Shown in pieces: positions 57,517-64,000 of a stretch of 64,000 nucleotides of DNA. The notes below the pieces were generated by a model, which did not search any database, was not told where the DNA came from, and saw only the letters and a program-made list of their open reading frames with translations. This DNA is from an uncultured Syntrophaceae bacterium (lineage in GTDB: Bacteria > Desulfobacterota > Syntrophia > Syntrophales > PHBD01). Each line of letters starts with the position of its first letter. Position 1 is the first letter of the stretch. The stretch covers positions 15,266 through 79,265 of the forward strand of contig CAZLFA010000007.1 of the NCBI GenBank assembly GCA_964558665.1. The letters are read 5' to 3'. The position numbers and the translations under genes are program-made.

Positions 57517-57885
57517 ATGGAGGATACCGAAAAAAAAGGAGTCAAGATCAATCAGCAGAATTTATACAAGGAAGAGGTTTTTACGGATTTGAAGGTGGCA
57601 AACATCCGCCAGTTGACGCCGGTCAAGGCGAACGGAGAACCGGACAAGGCAAGAAAAATGCTGTTCTTCGGTCAGACGCAACTGGTAAGCCCGCACGGTC
57701 CTCTTCCCATACAGTTTCCCATTGAAGCGAAGAATATGCAGCAGGCCATAGAAAAATTTCCGGAGGTCATGGAGCAGTTCGTGGAGAAACTGATGGCTGA
57801 GGCGAGAGAAATGCAAAAGCAGGAGCAGTCGCGGATAATAGTTCCGCAGTCGTCAATGGAAGACAGCAAGATAATCCTGAAATAA
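57517..57885 (+). CDS. Hypothetical cytoplasmic protein (122 aa)
   Basis: ORF with a plausible Shine-Dalgarno sequence (AAGGAG, 57507-12), a coiled-coil-like C-terminus and no recognised motif. Confidence 0.5.
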   Translation: MEDTEKKGVKINQQNLYKEEVFTDLKVANIRQLTPVKANGEPDKARKMLFFGQTQLVSPHGPLPIQFPIEAKNMQQAIEKFPEVMEQFVEKLMAEAREMQKQEQSRIIVPQSSMEDSKIILK

Positions 57886-57891
57886 GCTCAA

Positions 57892-58053
57892 ATTACGCAA
57901 TAGAACGTATCGGCACCTGGATAAGTGAATATTATCCAGGTCAAAGGGGTTTTCAAGCGGCGAATCAAATATTTTTCCTGTGAAAAATATTCTGAGCCGC
58001 GGAAAGCCCCCTTGCCCTGGATGCCAAAGTGTATTACTTTTTTATTGCGTAAT
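57892..58053. repeat. Intergenic hairpin repeat, copy C (inverted relative to copy A; core 57928-58053)
   Basis: 11-bp terminal inverted repeat attacgcaata...tattgcgtaat, the central palindrome shared with copy A, and a local hairpin cctggataa-gtgaa-tattatccagg. Confidence 0.85.
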
Positions 58054-58079
58054 ACGGGATAAATTTTGTTCGGGAGAGA

Positions 58080-58099
58080 GACGACCTATGGGGGGGGAC
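58080..58099. terminator. G/C hairpin between the repeat and the MCP 3' end (weak terminator candidate)
   Basis: gggggggg (58080-87) accg cccctctc (58092-99): 8-bp stem including two G-T pairs. There is no adjacent U-run on the MCP strand. Confidence 0.25.
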
Positions 58100-58124
58100 C
58101 GCCCCTCTCCCTATTAAAGGGATT

Positions 58125-60068
58125 TTAAAAATCCCTGAAATCCTTGTCATCCAGAGGAATGATCTCCTCCGGCTTCAACTGGCGGTCTTTCCCGGAGGAC
58201 TTCCCCTTTGCTTCACCGCCCTTGCGCAGAAAAGGAATTGCTTTTTTCCCTTCCTTTGCGCCCGGTATATCCTTTCTTGCATGGGATATCATGGTTGGGG
58301 ATGAATGGTCACTCTGCCCATCCCCTCCGCTGACGATTGTTCTAAGACCGACGATATGTCCCTTCATGGTCTCCGCCTGAGCGTTGGACTCCTCAGCGGC
58401 GCTGGCCAGTTCCTCGGCATTGGCCGCATTGTGCTGAACGACCTTGTCCATCTCCACAACAGCCTTGTTGACCTGCCCGATGCCCTCCGCCTGCTCGGTG
58501 GACGCCGCCGATATCTCGCCTATCAACTCCGCAACCTTCGTGGAACTGTCAGCCACTTCGGCGAAGTCCTTGTTGGTCTTGTTGACTAACTCCGTACCCT
58601 CCTTGATCTTCTTGACGCTGCCCTCAATAAGCGTGGATGTGTTTTTGGCCGCTTCCGCCGCCCTGATCGCCAGATTCCTCACCTCTTCCGCGACAACGGC
58701 GAAACCCGCGCCCGCCTCTCCGGCACGCGCCGCCTCCACCGCCGCATTCAGCGCCAGAAGATTGGTCTGGAAGGCAATCTCGTCAATGGTCTTGATGATC
58801 TTCGAGGTCTCCTCGCTCGACCTCGTGATGTCGTCCATAGATTTCGTCAGACTGCGCATCGATTCGTTGGCACGCGTTACCACCTGCTTGACTTCCGTCA
58901 TCATGCTGTTTGCCTGGACCGCGTTGTCGGCGTTCCTTCTCGTCATGGAGGACATCTCTTCGAGCGAGGAAGATGTCTCCTCGATCGCGGCGGCCTGCTC
59001 AGAAGCTCCCTCGGCCAGAGACTGGCTTGCCGATGAAACCTCGGTAGATGCCGTGGCGATCTGCCGTGCAGCATCCGTCAGCTCGCTGACGATGGTGTTG
59101 ATCGGTTTGCTGATGCTGCGGGAGAAGAAGACGACCGCCAAAACGGTCAGGGTGATGAAAATCAATCCCATCAGGGCAATGAAGTTGCGAATCATGTGCG
59201 CCGATGCCAGGAAATCATCGCTGTCCTGTGTCGCTCCCACCTTCCAGCCGTTGATGTCAATCGTGGCAAATGCGCTCGTCTTATGGACACCCTTGAACAC
59301 GTAATCATCGACGCCTTCCTTGCCGGCGATCATCTTGGCGACATACTCCTTCATCCCCTCCTGGGTGCTCAGATTCAATTCCAGGATGAATTCCTTCCTG
59401 GGGTGCACCACCGTCATTCCCGTCTTATCGATTATCCAGGGATATCCGGTTTTTCCGATCTTGATGGCATTGATCTTCTCGCTAAGGAAATCGATCTTCA
59501 TGATAGTGGCGATTGCCCCGATTACTTCACCTGATTTGGAATATATCGGGCTGGCGATTGGAATTATGGGATTGTTGGTCACTTTGGATTTTACGACGCT
59601 TCCTACATTAGGTTTTCCTCCCCTTGCCGTCTTGAAGTAGTCGCGCTCGGCAATGCTCACGCCTTTGTACTTGCCGCCGACCCCGTCGCCGAAGATCACG
59701 CCTTTGGCATCAATGGCAATGAGCGTTTCATAATCCCTGCCGATGTTCTTCATTACAGCCTCCAGCTCGGAGGTCATCTTCTCAATTTCTCCGGAGGCCC
59801 CCTCGGCTCCTCCCGCAGCGACCTTTGCCGCCGCTGCAACCACCGCATCGTTCGCCGCTAAGCTCGACACCAGTTTTACCTCTTCCTGAAGGACAAGCTG
59901 AACCATATCGGCAACGTCCTTGGCGATGCGGGCCACCTGCTCTTTTGCTGCGTCTGTCAGAGCCGACGATGACTTGAACGCGGCAAAAGCTCCGACAATG
60001 AGCAGCGGCACCAGCACTACAATAACTCCCCCCATGGTTAATTTGAAACCAAGCGACCTCTTTTTCAT
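58125..60068 (-). CDS. Methyl-accepting chemotaxis protein with periplasmic Cache-type sensor and HAMP
   Basis: TM, Cache-like domain ([19 protein letters not shown]), TM, HAMP, then the conserved signalling hairpin [37 protein letters not shown]. The ATG at 60068, with AGGAGG 8 nt upstream, is preferred over 60122. Confidence 0.9.
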   Translation of the reverse strand: MKKRSLGFKLTMGGVIVVLVPLLIVGAFAAFKSSSALTDAAKEQVARIAKDVADMVQLVLQEEVKLVSSLAANDAVVAAAAKVAAGGAEGASGEIEKMTSELEAVMKNIGRDYETLIAIDAKGVIFGDGVGGKYKGVSIAERDYFKTARGGKPNVGSVVKSKVTNNPIIPIASPIYSKSGEVIGAIATIMKIDFLSEKINAIKIGKTGYPWIIDKTGMTVVHPRKEFILELNLSTQEGMKEYVAKMIAGKEGVDDYVFKGVHKTSAFATIDINGWKVGATQDSDDFLASAHMIRNFIALMGLIFITLTVLAVVFFSRSISKPINTIVSELTDAARQIATASTEVSSASQSLAEGASEQAAAIEETSSSLEEMSSMTRRNADNAVQANSMMTEVKQVVTRANESMRSLTKSMDDITRSSEETSKIIKTIDEIAFQTNLLALNAAVEAARAGEAGAGFAVVAEEVRNLAIRAAEAAKNTSTLIEGSVKKIKEGTELVNKTNKDFAEVADSSTKVAELIGEISAASTEQAEGIGQVNKAVVEMDKVVQHNAANAEELASAAEESNAQAETMKGHIVGLRTIVSGGDGQSDHSSPTMISHARKDIPGAKEGKKAIPFLRKGGEAKGKSSGKDRQLKPEEIIPLDDKDFRDF

Positions 60069-60137
60069 ATCAGCTACCTCCTGGAAAATTCTCCGGACGG
60101 CTCCATTGCCGTCCGGATTCACTAAAAATTCTATGCC

Positions 60138-60518
60138 CTATTTATTCGCCCCGTCTATCCTGGATAAAAGCCGTTCGATCTCACCCATCAGGTGAGAAAG
60201 GGTAAAGGGCTTTTGAATAAAACCGTCGCATACATGTTTGTTTATATTGCTCAGCAGATCCGTAGTTCTGTATGCGCTCATCATTATCACCGGAAATACG
60301 CCGTATCTTGAACGCACTTCATGCACCAGTTCTATGCCGTCTTTTCCCGGCATTATGTAATCGGTAAGAAGCAGGTTGATATCATTTCGCTTTTGATCAA
60401 GAATATGAAGGGCTTCGTCGGCATTCAGCGCCTCAAAAACGCCGTAGCCTTTGCTCTTCAGCCCCCGTCTCAGGCTCTCCAGTTGATCAACTTCATCATC
60501 GACGATAAGTATATTCAC
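60138..60518 (-). CDS. Single-domain response regulator (CheY-like receiver)
   Basis: ILIVDDE, LLLTDYIMPGKDG (phospho-Asp) and MMSAY...KPF; 126 aa. Confidence 0.9.
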   Translation of the reverse strand: MNILIVDDEVDQLESLRRGLKSKGYGVFEALNADEALHILDQKRNDINLLLTDYIMPGKDGIELVHEVRSRYGVFPVIMMSAYRTTDLLSNINKHVCDGFIQKPFTLSHLMGEIERLLSRIDGANK

Positions 60519-60835
60519 GGGAATGCTTCCTAAAATTAAATGAAGTTATTGTTCAGGAGTTGTTATAGCATCATTCATGCCTGAGAAAAGCCCATGATGA
60601 TTATTTTAAAAACAGAATTATTATCGATATTTGTAATCGAGGAGTTTTTGATGCAGGGGAGAAGAGAAAAATGCCAAATGTGCCATTATGGCCTGTTGGC
60701 AGTTAAAAAACGTGTAACATCATACATGTAGATAATTGTGTGCCGTAATGGGACAGTAGGTATCTGAGAGATGGGAAAAGAGACCTTCCCGGACGGAAAC
60801 TGTCTATCGAAGATGATCTTCAGTAGTAGCGGACT

Positions 60836-62995
60836 CTACACGAGCAGCATTGCCGATGCAGCCAGGATAAGCATCAATCCGGCCGTTGCTGCAAGTCCCA
60901 TAACGGGAATCAGGACGAGACCGGCGGCAAGAGAGCCCAGGCAGGCACCGATAATATCGGCTGCATAAAGAGGAGAAACCAGAACATCCTGTCTCTCAAC
61001 GTCGACGGTGCCCGCATACGCAAAAATTCCGGATACAAGAAATCCGGCCGCCAGCAGAATGCCGCCCGTTTCCACAATTCCCGCCATGCCGACGCGGATC
61101 ATGATGAACGCCGCCAGGGTGAGAAGACAGAAGCCGGACAGGAGGCCGATCCCCCACAACCTCTTCCTGCCTTCATGCCTGCTAATGCCTGCGGTGAATC
61201 TGCCTACCGATAAGGAACCAAGAGCAAGTCCGGCCATGAATATCGTTATCAGCAGGCCGATATCCTGGAATAATACGCCTTCCTTCATCTGGTAGTGAAG
61301 GAGGAAAACCGACTCAGCGATCGTTCCCAGCATGCCCGCCGTGAATACAAGAAGGTACCGGTGAATTTTCAATCTGCGGCGGACGAAGAAAAAAACGAGC
61401 GCCAGCATCGCCCATAAAGCCCATGCCCACACCCCGGTAAAAATGTTTTCATTCCCTGCTGCGGAGAAATCGACAACGGCCAGCGCGGGGAAGAACTTCG
61501 AAAGCCAGATCATCAGGGCATAGCGGTAGCAGACCGGATTTATATCCGTATTGGCGACGGAGACCGCTGTTTTCAGCGTCCCCTCGATTTCCCGGTACCG
61601 GTCGTTGAGATAAAGGTATTTTATGTAGGGAGGGGAAAGCATCCTTGTATCAATGCCCCGCTCCTTGAATCTCCTCTCGACGCTTTCCGGAGAGTGAGGC
61701 AATGGTTTATGGGATGCCGTTATCACGTTCGTCGCTCCCGGGAGCACGGATGTGTCCGGAAATACGGAGACAAGCGACCGGTAGATGCTCGCTGTCCTGC
61801 GGGTCAACTGGGGCGTCCAGTAATTTTCCGCCGAGTGCAGGCGGAAGCCGAGAATGCCGCCGGGTTTGAGCTTGGCCGAGCACATAGAGAAGAATTCCCG
61901 TGTGTAGTATCTGTTGGTCTGTCCCGAAGAAGGATCAGGCATGCCCACAAGAATCACATCGTAAAGATCGCATGAGGACAGAAACTTTCTTGGATCTGCA
62001 ACAGTAAGGCGCACGGCAGGGTTTGCTAGTGATCTGCCGATGTCCGTCGGGAGGTGAGGCAATACATGCTTCACCATTGCCTGGTTGAGCTCAACGGCGT
62101 CAATTCTTTCCGGATGGTGCTTCAGAAGTTCCCTGACCGTGCCGTCGAAACCGCCGCCGAGGGCGAGGATGCTTTTGGGGTCGGGATGCTGCAGCATGAC
62201 CAGATTTGCGAAGAGTTCAGCTTCGTTGCCCTGCGTTTCAAAGACCAGGGCGTCGTTGTCAAAGACAGATATTTGCCCCGCCGTTTGTGTCACTGTCAAT
62301 CTGCCGTATGGCGTATCGCTACTGACGACTATTCCCGGATGATTCCAGGAGTTCATAAGCCGGTCGGCTTCAGGCGCCGTCAGGAGTGCGATGATAAACA
62401 GGGCAGCCATTATGAATGATGCGCAGCAAAGGAATCTGTACCGCCCTTTCGGCATGATAACGCCCATGGCACTAACCGTCAGCATGCAGCAGGTGACTGC
62501 CGCCGCAAAATTCTGTACCCCCCACAGCAGGCAGGCTGTGGCGAATACTCCTCCGGCAAGACCGCCGGCGCATTCAACTCCATAGGCGGCAGCCAGAGTT
62601 CCTCCCTCTCCAGCGTAATGTCCTGCCGCCCACTGGAACATCAGGCCGGAGAGCAGGCCGGCCGGCAGCAGGGCGAGTGCCATCGCCAGCAGTTGTTCGA
62701 AAAAGGGAAGATAGGCGCCGGGCACGCCGGAAAATAGAATACGTCCGGCGCGTATCATGGCAATGCTTACCGGAAGCGAAACTGAAAAAACCAGCGGCAG
62801 GGCGAATATCCTGCCGGGAGAAGGGGCAATGATACGTCTGCTTAAAAGCGCCCCGAGGGCGGTTAGAAAAAGCCAGAAGCCGAGAGCGAGAAGATAGATC
62901 AGCTCAACACCGTAGAAAGCGACATTCAACTCCCTCAGGAGGACTACCTGTCCAAACAGAGTGGTGAATCCAATGATAAATAATACGGGAATCAT
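60836..62995 (-). CDS. Membrane-embedded spermidine-synthase-like aminopropyltransferase (fused polytopic membrane/SpeE protein)
   Basis: About 7 N-terminal and about 6 C-terminal TM segments flank a SpeE-like core: ILALGGGFDGTVRELLKH, IDAVELNQAMV, YDVILVGMPDPSSGQTNRYYTREFF, LKPGGILG. Confidence 0.8.
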   Translation of the reverse strand: MIPVLFIIGFTTLFGQVVLLRELNVAFYGVELIYLLALGFWLFLTALGALLSRRIIAPSPGRIFALPLVFSVSLPVSIAMIRAGRILFSGVPGAYLPFFEQLLAMALALLPAGLLSGLMFQWAAGHYAGEGGTLAAAYGVECAGGLAGGVFATACLLWGVQNFAAAVTCCMLTVSAMGVIMPKGRYRFLCCASFIMAALFIIALLTAPEADRLMNSWNHPGIVVSSDTPYGRLTVTQTAGQISVFDNDALVFETQGNEAELFANLVMLQHPDPKSILALGGGFDGTVRELLKHHPERIDAVELNQAMVKHVLPHLPTDIGRSLANPAVRLTVADPRKFLSSCDLYDVILVGMPDPSSGQTNRYYTREFFSMCSAKLKPGGILGFRLHSAENYWTPQLTRRTASIYRSLVSVFPDTSVLPGATNVITASHKPLPHSPESVERRFKERGIDTRMLSPPYIKYLYLNDRYREIEGTLKTAVSVANTDINPVCYRYALMIWLSKFFPALAVVDFSAAGNENIFTGVWAWALWAMLALVFFFVRRRLKIHRYLLVFTAGMLGTIAESVFLLHYQMKEGVLFQDIGLLITIFMAGLALGSLSVGRFTAGISRHEGRKRLWGIGLLSGFCLLTLAAFIMIRVGMAGIVETGGILLAAGFLVSGIFAYAGTVDVERQDVLVSPLYAADIIGACLGSLAAGLVLIPVMGLAATAGLMLILAASAMLLV

Positions 62996-64000
62996 CGGCT
63001 GTTCTTGAATTCCGTCTCACTGAATACCGAAGCCTGGAAGGTGTGAAACTTTGCGCCCTTTTTCCAGCAATTCGCAGGGAGATCAGCCTTGCTGCAAAGA
63101 TGCCCCAGCATGACGTCGCGGCTCCACCCCTGTTCCGTCGCCACCTGGGGAAGAAAGACGGCCGATCTGCCGGTTTTTTCTATTATAACTCCGTCTCTTC
63201 CCGCGACAATCTCCGAGGCTCCTTTTACAAGCGTTGGTGGAGTCAGAATGGATATCTCGATTTCAAGACGGTCTACTTCTTCCGGTCTGACCGGACTGAA
63301 CCTGTTGTCTGCAAAGGCGGCGTTCAGGGCCATGGATGAAACCAGATAGGCGAGCGGCATATCGGAGGTGATGTGGCCTATGCATCCCCGCAACTGTCCA
63401 TGCTCCTTTAAAGTGACAAAGACACCTCTTTTCTGCTGAAGGTTCGATCCATAACCTCTGGGGATCGGCACGGTCTGCGTTTTAAGAAACCTTGAGATTG
63501 ATTCGCGCGCCAGAGACAGCATCGCCTTTTTGTCGGCGGCGGTCAGGTTTGTCACCGCGGATGAAGATACATTAGCCGGGGAGGAGAAAGATACTTTCGG
63601 CTGACCTTTGATCAATGCAACTGCGCCGTAGCCGACGACGCGCGTTTTCTCGCCTATCGGCACGTCCCCTGAGTTCATGTAACTGACGACTATGCCGCTC
63701 GTCGCCCCCAAGGCTTTGGCCGCCGTCATGGCTGCCATGGCCGGTGCATCGCCGCAGGCACAGGTTGAGAGGTTGGGGATTCCCCGTTTCATTTCAGAGG
63801 TGATGGTGTTTTGAAGCTTTTCCGTGTCCAGGCTGAGCATGGCAGAGAGCGTCTTTCTGTCTACGACACCGGCGTCCTCCGCGTTCGGGTAATGGGAAAG
63901 ATCCGTACTGGCCACAATGAGCACACGCTTTCCTTTGGATACCCTGGCAAGGGCAAGGCCGAAGCGCTTGCACATTTCGCCGTCAGCCGTGCCTACAACA
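62992..64000 (-). CDS. Memo-like / AMMECR1 fusion protein (AmmeMemoRadiSam system proteins B+A in one polypeptide), N-terminus beyond the window
   Basis: Memo half: VASTDLSHYP, CACGDAPAMAAM, YMNSGD, VVGYGAV. AMMECR1 half: GVFVTLKEHGQLRGCIGH, ADNRFSPV, EIEISILTPP, SAVFLPQVATEQGW. The reading frame remains open from the listed Met (63975) to nt 64000. Confidence 0.8.
   Translation of the reverse strand, partial: VVGTADGEMCKRFGLALARVSKGKRVLIVASTDLSHYPNAEDAGVVDRKTLSAMLSLDTEKLQNTITSEMKRGIPNLSTCACGDAPAMAAMTAAKALGATSGIVVSYMNSGDVPIGEKTRVVGYGAVALIKGQPKVSFSSPANVSSSAVTNLTAADKKAMLSLARESISRFLKTQTVPIPRGYGSNLQQKRGVFVTLKEHGQLRGCIGHITSDMPLAYLVSSMALNAAFADNRFSPVRPEEVDRLEIEISILTPPTLVKGASEIVAGRDGVIIEKTGRSAVFLPQVATEQGWSRDVMLGHLCSKADLPANCWKKGAKFHTFQASVFSETEFKNSR

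Noticed and set aside
58080-58087. A G8 homopolymer as a phase-variation tract.
   Set aside because: It lies in non-coding DNA between two gene 3' ends, so length changes could not switch a reading frame or promoter spacing. It is more simply part of a G/C hairpin.
60689-60701. A sigma-54-like TGGC...TTGGCA sequence (tggcctgttggca).
   Set aside because: The GG-to-GC spacing is about 9 nt rather than the canonical 11 or so. It also lies on the plus strand with no downstream plus-strand gene other than the speculative 26-codon ORF in which it is embedded.
1-64000. CRISPR arrays, tRNA/rRNA genes, integrases, transposases, prophage, or known defence-system genes (RT, Cas, restriction enzymes, Abi, CBASS and similar).
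   Set aside because: I scanned the intergenic gaps (the largest are 7873-8404, 25843-26246, 48576-48855 and 60519-60835) and all ORFs of 60 aa or more. I found no spaced direct repeats, no cloverleaf-like sequences and no recombinase or nuclease signatures. A by-eye scan can miss short or degenerate elements.

Overview
This is a 64-kb chromosomal window from a Gram-negative anaerobe. The gene content resembles Deltaproteobacteria/Desulfobacterota, but I cannot assign a taxon from the sequence alone. I found no rRNA, tRNA, CRISPR array, transposase or integrase.

Housekeeping backbone: pbpC, uvrA, two parvulin/SurA-like PPIases, mfd, ppsR, a DUF502 gene, metK-ahcY, an lptF/G-type permease, a pckA-like gene, and nrdDG preceded by tandem NrdR boxes.

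Accessory blocks:
1. 1-7.9 kb: a compositionally mosaic, partly AT-rich nucleotide-sugar tailoring operon. It includes a radical SAM gene cut by the window edge and missing from the ORF track.
2. 27.3-34.0 kb: a lipid A aminoarabinose (arn) operon in non-enterobacterial order, with ArnA split into two genes and no arnE/F.
3. 34.0-38.7 kb: co-directional with arn, a lone GspE/PilB-type ATPase and a 972-aa secreted fusion of a zinc-phospholipase-C-like domain, an unknown region and TPR repeats.
4. 38.7-43.4 kb: a PAS hybrid histidine kinase coupled to an ABC exporter. The kinase is broken by a frameshift inside a PAS domain.
5. 43.6-48.0 kb: a tightly overlapping five-gene cassette of unknown product (PHP phosphoesterase, GT4, methyltransferase, alpha/alpha-toroid protein, hexapeptide acyltransferase). 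It is followed by a possible PagL-like outer-membrane barrel and a B12-radical SAM enzyme.
6. 55.8-60.5 kb: signalling genes (GAF-HD-GYP, MCP, CheY-like receiver).
7. 60.8-64.0 kb: a Memo-AMMECR1 fusion gene, open at the window edge, translationally coupled to a membrane-embedded spermidine-synthase-like protein.

An unclassified hairpin-forming intergenic repeat occurs three times (about 23.7, 26.1 and 57.9 kb).

All functional calls rest on motif recognition by eye. No database search was run.
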